DNA of 64,000 nucleotides from an uncultured Rickettsiales bacterium (GTDB lineage Bacteria; Pseudomonadota; Alphaproteobacteria; Rickettsiales; SXRF01): NCBI GenBank assembly GCA_964518725.1, contig CAZFKP010000007.1, positions 8,397 to 72,396 of the forward strand, read 5' to 3'. Shown piece by piece: positions 54,572 to 64,000 of this stretch (position 1 is its first letter; each line of letters starts with the position of its first letter). The notes under the pieces were generated by a model. It saw only the letters and a program-made list of their open reading frames with translations, ran no database searches and was not told where the DNA came from. The position numbers and the translations under genes were made by a program.

Positions 54572-55996
54572 TCAGGCGCCCAGAACCGGCGGCGCTGGCT
54601 GCGCGGATGCCATTTTCGCTTGCCACGCCTGAGGCTCCGCCAATGGTGCGGAGGCGGGTGTCTGCGCTTTGGCACCCTCCAATGCTTTGATCCACGGATT
54701 GCGTTGCATTGCTTCCACCTGGGCGGCGAGCTTCTGCTTCACCTCCTCATCCTTGCCGCCCAATACATCCGGACGACCGAGAAAGCTGCCGATATTATCG
54801 ATCAGTGCCGCCTGGTCAGATGGGCGTTGCTGGGCGATCATCTCGGCCGCGATGGAAATCACACTCTCATCGGTGCTCGGATCTGACTTTACCCCTTCCC
54901 CATGCCCCTTGGAGGAGATGAGCATGAGCAACTCACCGATCAGGGTAAAGGCAATGAAACCGGCGCGGAATTTGACAGTGCTCAGGGTTTCCTTATCGCC
55001 AATCATTTTCGCGTGATTATGCTCCTGAATCGTTGAAAGCGTGTGGCAGAGAGTGCTGATCATATAACCGAAGCCTGCAACACGCAGCGGCTTCTCCTGC
55101 ACCCATTCCCACACCGCGTTCAGGCCGGTGGCAGGGGGTGCGTCCGGATCATGCCGCTTCTCTTTCACCAGCGCGCCGATGAGCCCGGAAGTGAGTGTCA
55201 TGAGCCCCAGACCAATATCTTTTTTACCCGAAGAGTGAGCCACCTTGTCGGCGTGTGACAAGGTGGCAATGCCGCGTTTTATATTCGGCCCCACACGGTA
55301 CTTCCACGCCGAATAGGCGATCAGTGTACCGGCAAGGCTCGTAAAGCTATTGCCAATTTCGCCGGGATAGCTTTGCAGCGTATCGAGCACTCCCTGGAAT
55401 GTGCTGCGCTTATTACCCTCCGTGATCACAGGCAGGGTGGTATTCCTGCTCAGATCCAGATGATGGTCTTTCGCATAGGTGGCGAGTTTTTTTGCATGAT
55501 GCCTGATTTCTTTCATCGCCTGCGCGTCCGTGCCAAGCAGCCCCATGCTCGCGCTGCCAAGGCCATAGGAAATGCCGGCCAGCATATCTTCCGGTCGCGC
55601 CGACCGGTAGCCGTAAGTCGCATAAGAAACGTCGGCAGCGAGGAAGCTAAGGCTAACCCCGGTCAGGCTTTTATCGCGGATAGTCTGGATGATGGATTTC
55701 TTGGTTTCGGCATCCTTGACAATAGCCGGTTCTCCTTGCGCCCAGCCGCGCTCTTCCATCAGTTTTGGAATGTCTCTTTCCCACAAGTAACCACGCACTT
55801 CCAGTGCCGCCCTGCCATCACAAACGGAATGAATGGCAAAATAGCCCTGCTCGGAAAGCGTTGTGGCGATGGACTGCAGATCCTCGATCGACGCGTTTTC
55901 CGCGGCGCATAAATAAGCACGCGGCGTACCGTTCGGCGCCTGCTTAAGAATTATTTTCTCAATTGCTGAGGGATGTGGGTAGCTGTAGCTGGTCAT
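54572..55996 (-). CDS. Hypothetical membrane protein
   Basis: 474 aa. A soluble N-domain of about 110 aa is followed by roughly six hydrophobic or amphipathic segments (for example IGLGLMTLTSGLIGALV and FRAGFIAFTLIGELLMLISS). The C-terminal tail is Ala/Pro/Gln-rich. I recognised no family. Confidence 0.45.
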   Translation of the reverse strand: MTSYSYPHPSAIEKIILKQAPNGTPRAYLCAAENASIEDLQSIATTLSEQGYFAIHSVCDGRAALEVRGYLWERDIPKLMEERGWAQGEPAIVKDAETKKSIIQTIRDKSLTGVSLSFLAADVSYATYGYRSARPEDMLAGISYGLGSASMGLLGTDAQAMKEIRHHAKKLATYAKDHHLDLSRNTTLPVITEGNKRSTFQGVLDTLQSYPGEIGNSFTSLAGTLIAYSAWKYRVGPNIKRGIATLSHADKVAHSSGKKDIGLGLMTLTSGLIGALVKEKRHDPDAPPATGLNAVWEWVQEKPLRVAGFGYMISTLCHTLSTIQEHNHAKMIGDKETLSTVKFRAGFIAFTLIGELLMLISSKGHGEGVKSDPSTDESVISIAAEMIAQQRPSDQAALIDNIGSFLGRPDVLGGKDEEVKQKLAAQVEAMQRNPWIKALEGAKAQTPASAPLAEPQAWQAKMASAQPAPPVLGA

Positions 55997-56066
55997 AATT
56001 CTCCAGAATTGAGTATAGCTTAAAACCCAGAAAACTTAATGTGTCATTTTGATGAAGAATAAAAAA

Positions 56067-56086
56067 GGCGGGAATACCCGCCTTTT
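56067..56086 (-). terminator. Rho-independent terminator after the amino-acid permease gene
   Basis: GGCGGG-aata-CCCGCC has an A6 run on the plus side, which reads as T6 on the minus strand. Confidence 0.75.
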
Positions 56087-56112
56087 CTTAAAGATGTCTA
56101 TATATCAGCCGG

Positions 56113-57615
56113 TTATCTATTTTGATCGATGTTGTCGGTCGAATGGACGATATGAGCCATGGCCTCCGTACCGCCGCGCAGCTTGCTGTGCTTATGGCTG
56201 TAGGCAAAGTAGACGATGATACCCACCGTCAAATAGACCAGGTAGAAACGGATCGTCACCGGGTTGCTGAGCAGGCCGTAGATCAGGTACCCGCAAAACA
56301 GGATGCCGAGTATCGGAAACCAGGGTGAGAAAGGCACTTTGAAGGGGCGGTGCATGTCGGGTTGAGCCTTACGCAGGTACATCACCGTGAAGCAGATGAT
56401 GGCAAATGCGGTGAGCGTTCCGAGCGAGACAAGGTCGCCCAGGATGCTGATCGGGGTGGTCGCGGCAACCACCGCAATTACCGACCCAACCAGGATAGTG
56501 TTGATATACGGGGTCTGGAATTTTGGATGCACCTTGCTAAACGCCGCTGGCATCAACCCATCATGCGACATGGTGTAGAAAATGCGGGTCTGTCCGTAGA
56601 GCAGCACCATCATCACCGAAGTCAGTCCAGCAATCGCACCGATTTTAATCAGGAACGACAGCCATGGCAGGCCGATCATATCCACCGCTTTGGCGATGGG
56701 GTCGGCCACGTTCAGCATGCTGTATGGGACAAGGCCGGTGAGCACGAACGATACGGCAATGTAAAGCGCCGTGCACACCACCAGCGAACCAAGAATGCCG
56801 ATCGGCACATCGCGCCTCGGGTTTTTTGCTTCCTGGGCGGCGGTCGATACCGCTTCAAACCCGACATAGGCAAAGAACACCACCCCTGCCCCACGCAGGA
56901 TGCCGCTCCAGCCGTATTGGCCGTCAACACCGGTATTCTCCGGAATGAACGGATGCCAGTTTTCCGGGTTCACATAGAAAACACCCACCGCAACGAACAG
57001 CACCACCACCGACAGCTTAATTGCAACGATGATATTATTCACGTTGGCGGATTCCTTGACGCCAACCACCAGCAGCGCGGTCATGGACAGGATGCCGAAA
57101 AGTGCCGGCAAGTTAATCCCGCCCGTATAGGCGAGCACCCCGGTGGCTCCATCCATCTGCAAGGTCGGGGTGGTGAGTCCCGGCGGAATCACAATACCGA
57201 AATTGCCGAGGAAGCTAACCACATAGCCTGACCAGCCGACAGCGACCGTAGAGGCTGCCACGCCATATTCAAGCAGGAGCAGCCAGCCCATGATCCACGC
57301 CACCAATTCACCGAGGCTGGCGTAGGAATAGGAGTAGGCGCTGCCGGACACCGGGAGCATGGATGCGAGCTCAGCATAGCACAGCCCGGCAAACGCACAG
57401 CACAGGCCGGCGAGCACAAACGAAATGGTGATGGCGGGGCCTGCATAGGCGGCAGCGGCCTGCCCGGTCATCACGAAGATGCCGGCGCCGATGATGCAAC
57501 CGATGCCGAGCGATACCAGGTTCGCCGCCGACAGCGTACGCTTCAGCTGGCTCCCTTCGGAATCGGCCTGAATGGCGGCGATGGATTTCTTTACTAAAAA
57601 TTTGGAGAAAGACAT
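56113..57615 (-). CDS. Amino acid permease (APC superfamily, cationic amino-acid transporter-like)
   Basis: About 500 aa with about 13 TMs. The N-terminal motif LKRTLSAANLVSLGIGCIIGAGIFV is present. Confidence 0.85.
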   Translation of the reverse strand: MSFSKFLVKKSIAAIQADSEGSQLKRTLSAANLVSLGIGCIIGAGIFVMTGQAAAAYAGPAITISFVLAGLCCAFAGLCYAELASMLPVSGSAYSYSYASLGELVAWIMGWLLLLEYGVAASTVAVGWSGYVVSFLGNFGIVIPPGLTTPTLQMDGATGVLAYTGGINLPALFGILSMTALLVVGVKESANVNNIIVAIKLSVVVLFVAVGVFYVNPENWHPFIPENTGVDGQYGWSGILRGAGVVFFAYVGFEAVSTAAQEAKNPRRDVPIGILGSLVVCTALYIAVSFVLTGLVPYSMLNVADPIAKAVDMIGLPWLSFLIKIGAIAGLTSVMMVLLYGQTRIFYTMSHDGLMPAAFSKVHPKFQTPYINTILVGSVIAVVAATTPISILGDLVSLGTLTAFAIICFTVMYLRKAQPDMHRPFKVPFSPWFPILGILFCGYLIYGLLSNPVTIRFYLVYLTVGIIVYFAYSHKHSKLRGGTEAMAHIVHSTDNIDQNR

Positions 57616-57660
57616 AAGCGGCTCCCTGTTTTTATTTTGCAACCCTTTGCTTCTACAGCT

Positions 57661-59265
57661 TTATGCGCGATTTGCAAACCTATTATGCAATAGGTCGATG
57701 TCCCGCAGGTGATCATTCATCACCTCGTCGCTGATCTGGAATGAGCGGCGAAGCGCCACCACCGCCTTGCGCTCGGTCTCCAACACATTTTTCCAGATAC
57801 GGTTTTCCAGCGCGATCAGCGGGTGGTCTTCGCTGCCCGGCGGCACACTTTTGGAAAGCGGTGTATTTGGGCCATCGCCCAACGATTCGAGCCGGTCACG
57901 GTAATGGCTGATGATGCGGTCAAGCGCTGCCGACTGGATGGCCGGATCCCCGCGCATTTGCTCAAGCTGGCGCATGACCTGCTCGGTGGATTCCTTGCGC
58001 GCCTGCCAACGCTCCTGCAGGATGGAACTCTCATAGGACAAGGTCATGACGCGCATCACCCATGGCAGGGAAAGCCCCTGCAGCACCAGCGTGATGAGGA
58101 TAACCGAGAAGGCAAGGAAAATGATAAGGTCACGATGGGGAAACGGCGCACCATCAGAAACGGCAAGCGGCAACGCCAGCGCCGTGGCAAGCGACACGAC
58201 CCCACGCATGCCCGTCCACCCGGCAATAAACACGTTCTGCCAGGCAGGGTACGGGTCGCGGGCACGGCGTTTCGGGTTGATATAACGCAGGCCATACGCG
58301 AATGTATACACCCATACCATGCGAACAACGATCGCCACTAGCGATACCAGCAGCGCCATCTCGCATAGCTGCCACGCATTGTAGGATTGCAGCCGGCTCA
58401 GCAAGGCCGGGAAGTGCAGACCGATCAGCAGGAAGACCAGGCCATTTACCACAAAGCTCACCATCTTCCACACCGCCTCCGCCGGGGTGCGGAAACCGGG
58501 GCCGAATGTTTGCGGCGAATGCCAGCCGACGGTCAGGCCGGACGCCACCACCGCAAGCACCCCGGACGCTTCGACCGATTCAGCAGCAATGTAAGCGGCA
58601 TAGGGCAGCACGAAGGTACTGAGTATTTCGACCGATAAATCTTTGATCAGCGGGAACACGCGCATGTAGCAACTGGCCATCACCCAGCCGATCAGCGTGC
58701 CGGCCACCGCCATCCACAGGAAATGGAAACTGGCGTCGGCAAGTGAAAACGTTCCGGCCACCACGGCTGCAACGGCGAATTTATAGAGTACGAGACCGGT
58801 AGCATCATTTACCAGGCTTTCGCCTTCGAGGATGGTGGCAACCCGGCTCGGCAGTTTGACATTCTTGGTCACGGCAATGGCCGCCACCGCATCCGGCGGT
58901 GAAATAATCGCGCCGAGGACAAATGCTGCCGCCAGCCCGAATTCAGGCAGCAGCCAGTTCATCGCGTAGGCAACCGCCAACGTCGTAGCGATCACCAGTC
59001 CGATGGCCATCTGCAGGATCGATTGCAGATTGCGGCGGAATTCTCGGATGGAGGTGAAGAAAGCCGCCTCCGTCAGGATCGGCGGCAAAAACAACAGCAA
59101 CAGCACCTCCGGCGCAATATGGAATTCCCGGAAGGGCGGCAATGCCGCCAGTGCCATGCCTGCGGCCACAAAGGCAATCGGCGTCGCAAGGCGGACGCGC
59201 TGCGCGAGATATGCCACCACGCAAATCGCCGATAAAAGGATCAGGAATATCTCTGTCGCTGCCAT
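57661..59265 (-). CDS. Na+/H+ antiporter (CPA1/NhaP-type)
   Basis: 534 aa. A polytopic N-terminal exchanger domain (GESLVNDATGLVLY) is followed by a cytoplasmic tail of about 120 aa. Confidence 0.82.
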   Translation of the reverse strand: MAATEIFLILLSAICVVAYLAQRVRLATPIAFVAAGMALAALPPFREFHIAPEVLLLLFLPPILTEAAFFTSIREFRRNLQSILQMAIGLVIATTLAVAYAMNWLLPEFGLAAAFVLGAIISPPDAVAAIAVTKNVKLPSRVATILEGESLVNDATGLVLYKFAVAAVVAGTFSLADASFHFLWMAVAGTLIGWVMASCYMRVFPLIKDLSVEILSTFVLPYAAYIAAESVEASGVLAVVASGLTVGWHSPQTFGPGFRTPAEAVWKMVSFVVNGLVFLLIGLHFPALLSRLQSYNAWQLCEMALLVSLVAIVVRMVWVYTFAYGLRYINPKRRARDPYPAWQNVFIAGWTGMRGVVSLATALALPLAVSDGAPFPHRDLIIFLAFSVILITLVLQGLSLPWVMRVMTLSYESSILQERWQARKESTEQVMRQLEQMRGDPAIQSAALDRIISHYRDRLESLGDGPNTPLSKSVPPGSEDHPLIALENRIWKNVLETERKAVVALRRSFQISDEVMNDHLRDIDLLHNRFANRA

Positions 59266-59269
59266 GCGG

Positions 59270-60181
59270 CTAGTTTAAGCACGACTCCATGCTTGCCGCA
59301 ATGCCCTCCATCAACCGGAAATACAGCTCCGCCCCCGGGGCAAGCATCGCCCCCTCGGCGTCGAGCACGGCGGTATTTGCCCCCGTTCCCTGCATGATGT
59401 TATCAACCACGCGCCCATCAAATTGCGGCTCGCGGAACACGCATGCCGCATGCATGCCGAGAATCTTCCCGCGCAATTCGCGAATGGTTTTCGCGCTGAG
59501 GCCACGCCCGGGATGCACCGTGATGGCGCCAATATTATCCAGCCCATAGGCGCGGTCGAAATATTGCGTGGCATCATGGAACACAGCAAATGGCTTGCCG
59601 GAAAGCAGTTTCATGCGGGTGCGAAGCGCCGTATCCAAGGCGGCGAGACGTGCATCGAGCTTTGTTTCATTGGCCGCAATGGTCGCTGCATCGGCGGGAA
59701 ACTGTTCTGCTAGTACCACCGCGATGGCACTCGCCATCACCCGCGCATTGGCCGGTGACATCCACAAATGGAGGTCACGCTCATCATCGGTATGATGTTC
59801 CTCCCCCTCGTGGTGATGTTCGTGCGCTTCAAAACCATGCCCGACGCGTACCGGGTACAGCGTCAGGCTGGCAACCTCCGCTAACGACAGTTTCCTGGCA
59901 GGCAACGCCGGTAATAGCGGATGCAGGAATTGCTCGAAATCGTCGCTGATATAGACCACCAGCGCCGCATCGTGCAGCGCTTTCGCCTGCGATGGCTTGA
60001 GTGAGAAATCGTGCAACGAGGCGGTGCCATCGACCAACAATGTCGGTTGAATGGCGGTGCCTTCGACGAGGCTTGCCACCAGCGAATGAATCGGCTTGAT
60101 CGAAACCACAACGCCATTTCCGGCGGCCATGGCCGGTGTGACGACGAAAATAGACAGTAACAATAAACGCAGCATAACCAC
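59270..60181 (-). CDS. znuA: Zinc/metal ABC transporter substrate-binding protein (ZnuA-like)
   Basis: It has a signal peptide and the His/acid-rich loop HGFEAHEHHHEGEEHHTDDERDLH, followed by the LW motif. No znuBC genes are adjacent. Confidence 0.8.
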   Translation of the reverse strand: MVMLRLLLLSIFVVTPAMAAGNGVVVSIKPIHSLVASLVEGTAIQPTLLVDGTASLHDFSLKPSQAKALHDAALVVYISDDFEQFLHPLLPALPARKLSLAEVASLTLYPVRVGHGFEAHEHHHEGEEHHTDDERDLHLWMSPANARVMASAIAVVLAEQFPADAATIAANETKLDARLAALDTALRTRMKLLSGKPFAVFHDATQYFDRAYGLDNIGAITVHPGRGLSAKTIRELRGKILGMHAACVFREPQFDGRVVDNIMQGTGANTAVLDAEGAMLAPGAELYFRLMEGIAASMESCLN

Positions 60182-60200
60182 TCCCTTCAGGTGAATGGAA

Positions 60201-61898
60201 TCATGCTACCACAGCTGTCAAGTCCCTGCTGACACGGGCATGGTATTCTTCTAGCCAACGCCGCTCATCGTTGGTCAACATGGGAAAATCCACCAGCCGT
60301 AGGTCGATGGGAGCGCAGGTGATGGTCTCAAATCCGAGGAAGCCGTTTTCTTTTTCCACCACCGTCACCAGGTTTTCGATGCGGATGCCATATTCGTCGG
60401 TTTTGTAATAGCCTGGCTCATTGGACAGGATCATGCCAGGTTTAAGCTCTGCATCCCCTGCCCGCTTGCCGATGCGCTGCGGACCTTCGTGCACCCCGAG
60501 GAACTGGCCGACGCCATGGCCGGTGCCGTGATCGTAATCGAGCCCGTGCTGCCACAGGAACTGCCGCGCCAAACTATCGAGCTGCGAGCCGCGCGTGCCC
60601 TTCGGGAAAATGGCGGTGGCCAGCGCAATATGCCCCTTAAGCACCAGAGTGAAGTTGCGCTTATGTTCATCGCTCGGAGTGCCGATAGCGATGGTGCGGG
60701 TTATGTCGGTGGTGCCGTCCGCATATTGACCGCCGGAATCGAGCAGCAGCAATTCGCCTTTTTTGAGAAAACGGTTGGTTCTTTCGGTAGCGCGGTAATG
60801 GACAATGGCGCCGTTTGACCCGCTGCCGGCAATGGTCGGGAAGCTCGGCTCGACAAACTCCACCGCTTCGGTGCGGAAGGTAAGCAGCCGATCGGCCACG
60901 TCCATTTCAGAAACGGATTCGATGTCCGGATGCGTATCCAGCCAATGCAATAATTTTGCCACTGCCAGCCCGTCACGCACATGCGCGGCGCGCATACCGG
61001 CAAGTTGCACCGGATTCTTGCACGCTTTGGGAAGCACGCACGGATCACTTCCCTTGACGATGTTCACCCCTGCCGATTCGAGCATTGTGATGAGCGATTG
61101 CGGTGCCTGCACCTCATCGACCAGCACCGATTTCCCGGCGAATGCCGCAAGCGCGGAAGTCATCTCCGAGGGCGCGATAGCGTGCAGGTGGTTGGCTACA
61201 GGCGGCAGGCGTTTTGGGTCAACGAACAGCGTGACATCGCCGCTGGCATCGAGCAACGCGTGCGCCAGCACCAGGGGAGTACACTCCACATCGCGTGCAC
61301 GCAGGTTGGTAAGCCAGCACAGGGAATCCGGCGCGGTGATGAGGAATGCATCCACACCCTCGGCGCTAAGTTTTTTGGCGATGGCCACGCATTTCGAGTG
61401 CGAACCTTCACCGGCAAGCACATCATCATGGACGAATAGCCGGGTCGCGGGCATAGCTGGGCGATCCTGCCAGAGCGCATCAATGAGGTTCGGCACCGCC
61501 ACCAGGCTCAGCTTGCTTTTTGCCAGCACCGTTTCCATCCGTCGCAGCATCGGCAGGGTGAACAGGTCGGGATCGTAGCCGATGGCCGCGTCGCGCAACT
61601 CGCTGGCAAGCCATGCCTCCGGGGTGAGCGTGCCGGAATTGTGGATGGCAAACAGCGTGGCGTCCGCCTCCGCAGCCGCCTGCAATGTATATCGCCCGTC
61701 GACAAACAGCGCCGCCTTGTCACGAAGCACCACCGCCATGCCCGCCGAACCGGAAAATCCGCTAAGCCATGCAACGCGCTGGAAACACGCCGGCGGATAT
61801 TCGCTCATAAACATGTCGTGCACCGGCTGCAAGTAGCCGTCAATCCTCTGGTTTATGAGCGCATTACGCAGAATACTGAGTTTTTCTTGGGCGTTCAA
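60201..61898 (-). CDS. pepP: Xaa-Pro aminopeptidase (M24B family)
   Basis: 565 aa. Metal-ligand contexts DSGGQY, HGTGHGVG, SNEPGYY and IRIENL are present. Confidence 0.85.
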   Translation of the reverse strand: MNAQEKLSILRNALINQRIDGYLQPVHDMFMSEYPPACFQRVAWLSGFSGSAGMAVVLRDKAALFVDGRYTLQAAAEADATLFAIHNSGTLTPEAWLASELRDAAIGYDPDLFTLPMLRRMETVLAKSKLSLVAVPNLIDALWQDRPAMPATRLFVHDDVLAGEGSHSKCVAIAKKLSAEGVDAFLITAPDSLCWLTNLRARDVECTPLVLAHALLDASGDVTLFVDPKRLPPVANHLHAIAPSEMTSALAAFAGKSVLVDEVQAPQSLITMLESAGVNIVKGSDPCVLPKACKNPVQLAGMRAAHVRDGLAVAKLLHWLDTHPDIESVSEMDVADRLLTFRTEAVEFVEPSFPTIAGSGSNGAIVHYRATERTNRFLKKGELLLLDSGGQYADGTTDITRTIAIGTPSDEHKRNFTLVLKGHIALATAIFPKGTRGSQLDSLARQFLWQHGLDYDHGTGHGVGQFLGVHEGPQRIGKRAGDAELKPGMILSNEPGYYKTDEYGIRIENLVTVVEKENGFLGFETITCAPIDLRLVDFPMLTNDERRWLEEYHARVSRDLTAVVA

Positions 61899-61944
61899 AC
61901 GAACTCTCTTCCATGACTGTTGATTATCCGGTATATTTTACCAC

Positions 61945-62943
61945 ATGCGCCCTTCATGTTTCTATCATCTTTTGCTGGTTTTTGCCTTACTGCTTCCGGC
62001 GAGTGGCCGGACAGAGGAGTTTTTGACGCATCACGGCTCGGATACCCTGCGTGGCAGCGGATCACGGAAGACGGTGCTGGTAGTGGAATTTGGCGCGCCC
62101 TCGCCTTCCGGCAGCAAGCTGGGAGGTGCAATTCAACAGGCGCGGAAAGAATTTGCCCCACTGGAACCCCTGAGCCTACCCGACGAGCGAATGCTGGAAC
62201 AGCTGTTGGAAAGCAAATCCGACGGCAGTATTGGCATGGTAATACTGATCCATCCCCGCAATTTGGATCTGATCGGCAGGTTGCCGGGGTTATACCCCGA
62301 CATTTCCTTTACCATTATTGACACACAGCAGCCTAATTTCTCAGCCAACGTGCAGTCAGTTCGCTTCAAAGAGGAAGATGGCATTTTCCTGCTGGGTGCT
62401 ATCTCGGCCATCCGCTCGGAAGATCGCATCGCCGTGATGGCAATGGATGAAAACGCACGCAGCAAACAAATGGCAGATGGTTTTGTCGCCGGGGTCAAGC
62501 ATATCCATCCCGCCGCACCAATCACAGTGTTGATGAATATCCGCCCCTCCACCGCCCAGCGCACCCGCCTGTCGACCGTCGTTACCAGCAGTTTCCAGGA
62601 GGGTACCGGCATTATTTTCTCCATGGATGACGAGATTATCGAACAAGGGCTGCGCGCCGCCAAGCCAGAGCGAAAAATGGTGGTGAGCGCCAACCCGCCA
62701 CCACCTGGCAGCGACACGACGCGCCTGCTCACCTACCTGGTCAAGCGCTACGACCTCGCGCTTCTCGATGTGCTCCGCATCTATCAACACAACCAGTGGC
62801 ATGCCGGAACCATCGAGCTGGGCTTGAGCGGCGGCTATGTCGATTATTCGTTGAACGCCGACAATGTCGATGTCTTCCCGAAAGACGCCATCGACCAAAT
62901 CGAAGCCATCAAAGACTATCTCGGCCAGGGGATGGTTAAATAA
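61945..62943 (+). CDS. BMP (Med/PnrA-like) family periplasmic binding protein, divergent
   Basis: It has a signal peptide. EEDGIFLLGAISAIRS and DGFVAGVKHIHPAAPITV resemble BMP-family motifs. The match is weak and was made by eye. Confidence 0.45.
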   Translation: MRPSCFYHLLLVFALLLPASGRTEEFLTHHGSDTLRGSGSRKTVLVVEFGAPSPSGSKLGGAIQQARKEFAPLEPLSLPDERMLEQLLESKSDGSIGMVILIHPRNLDLIGRLPGLYPDISFTIIDTQQPNFSANVQSVRFKEEDGIFLLGAISAIRSEDRIAVMAMDENARSKQMADGFVAGVKHIHPAAPITVLMNIRPSTAQRTRLSTVVTSSFQEGTGIIFSMDDEIIEQGLRAAKPERKMVVSANPPPPGSDTTRLLTYLVKRYDLALLDVLRIYQHNQWHAGTIELGLSGGYVDYSLNADNVDVFPKDAIDQIEAIKDYLGQGMVK

Positions 62944-62953
62944 ACGGGCAGCG

Positions 62954-63883
62954 TCACCGCAGCTTCGTTTCGCAAGCAATGTCGATGAGCTGCTGCACCT
63001 TTGGCGGCACCTGCTTTCGCCGCCTGGTGACAAACCCATAAGTCGCCTGCGGAAACAAGTGCGGTAGCTTCGTGGCGCGCAGCACGTCGTCCCTGCCGAT
63101 AATCACATCCGAAGAAATGCTAATGACGAGCCCTGCTTCGATATATTTGCGCGTCGTCTCCCAATTGACAAAATTCACCCGCAATTTCTTAGCAATATTG
63201 TGAGTCGGGAAGATTTCATACAGATTAGGAATGACTCGCATATCCTCCGCCGGCAAGGTCAGCTCATAGCGCGAGATTTCCGCCACCGATAAGTTCCGCC
63301 GACCAGCTAGCGGGTGGTCATGGCGCGTAATCAGCGCCGGGGAAAAATGATGGGTCGGCGTAAATTCATAACCCGATGTGAATGGCTTATGATCGCGCTT
63401 GGGCAGCATGGCCACATCAACCTCGCCCCTGTACAGTTTTTCTATCGCCTCCTCATGTTCGGCGTAATGGATTGTCACATAAATATGCGGATGCTCCACT
63501 AAATAACGCTTCAGCACCTCCGGCAGGATAAAGTTCAGCGTCGTGCTGTTGGCAGCGATGTGCAGCTCGGTGCGCTTTTGTGAGGCAAGCTCACGGTGGA
63601 ACAATTCCTGCAAATGATCGATGCCATCAACATACTGGCCAGCCATCGCCAGCAATTTCCTTCCCTCGCCCGTCAGCTCAATCCGTGGGCCACGGCGTGT
63701 GAAAAGCTGCACCCCCATATCTTCTTCCAGCGCTTTAATCTGCAGTGACACGCTGGCATGCGTTAAGCCCATATGCGCTGCCGCCTTGGAGATATTACCA
63801 AATTGTGCGGCAAAACAGAACCCGCGCAGTTGCTGAAGGCGATTGGTTTTATAATGAAATTGCTGGGTGAGTGTTTTCTTCAT
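62954..63883 (-). CDS. LysR-family transcriptional regulator (CysB-like N-terminus)
   Basis: The HTH region is RLQQLRGFCFAAQFGNISKAAAHMGLTHASVSLQIKALEEDMGVQLFTR. The ATG at 63883 is preferred over the track start at 63937. Confidence 0.85.
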   Translation of the reverse strand: MKKTLTQQFHYKTNRLQQLRGFCFAAQFGNISKAAAHMGLTHASVSLQIKALEEDMGVQLFTRRGPRIELTGEGRKLLAMAGQYVDGIDHLQELFHRELASQKRTELHIAANSTTLNFILPEVLKRYLVEHPHIYVTIHYAEHEEAIEKLYRGEVDVAMLPKRDHKPFTSGYEFTPTHHFSPALITRHDHPLAGRRNLSVAEISRYELTLPAEDMRVIPNLYEIFPTHNIAKKLRVNFVNWETTRKYIEAGLVISISSDVIIGRDDVLRATKLPHLFPQATYGFVTRRRKQVPPKVQQLIDIACETKLR

Positions 63884-64000
63884 ACTATTGGATATATCAA
63901 TGATAAATGTTAATACTATTAATTTTATAAAAATCAATGTTTCTGATTATCTCACCCTGACAACGGGAGATGAGACGAATGGGGTACACAGAAAAATATC

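Overview
This is a dense 64-kb chromosomal segment with about 62 protein-coding genes. No rRNA, tRNA, CRISPR array, transposase or integrase was seen. I read it as alphaproteobacterial because it has a circularly permuted two-piece tmRNA gene, hdaA, a divergent fliX-flgI pair, a DUF1013/TrcR-type protein, a rod-binding-only FlgJ/CheL protein, oxyR-ahpCD and rpoH. Hand-counted lines of typical coding sequence give roughly 55-62% GC.

Most genes are housekeeping:
- Nitrogen and amino-acid metabolism: glnD, glnA, ilvC, proC.
- Nucleotide metabolism: purMN, thyX.
- Translation and RNA: rpsD, rsmD, a pseudouridine synthase, two csp genes.
- Stress and other functions: rpoH, dksA, htrA, lpdA, hldD, pepP, znuA.
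- Transport: a TolC/MacA/split-MacB efflux operon plus several other transporters.

Flagellar content:
- A flagellin gene is truncated by the left window edge and has a sigma28-type promoter.
- An eight-gene minus-strand operon of about 9 kb (flgI, rod-binding protein, flgN-like, flgK, flgL, fliW, TPR-methyltransferase, fliB-like) sits behind a near-consensus sigma54 promoter.
- A motAB stator pair lies elsewhere in the window.

Most noteworthy observations:
1. A putative two-enzyme flagellin methylation module (TPR + SAM-methyltransferase fusion translationally coupled to a FliB-type lysine methylase) is appended to flgKL-fliW.
2. The tmRNA tag reading frame looks internally duplicated (ANDNVAFVA-ANDNAVVAVRAAA).
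3. A single AT-rich orphan gene beside ssrA/thyX encodes a divergent protein with glutamine-synthetase catalytic-domain motifs.
4. An orphan 263-aa type IV pilin-like gene has no assembly genes nearby.
5. A Cache-type membrane sensor with no output domain is coupled to a short aldehyde dehydrogenase.
6. Two tandem csp paralogs share conserved long leaders.

All calls come from reading the sequence and ORF translations by eye. No database search or RNA folding was run. Promoter, terminator and RNA boundaries are approximate.
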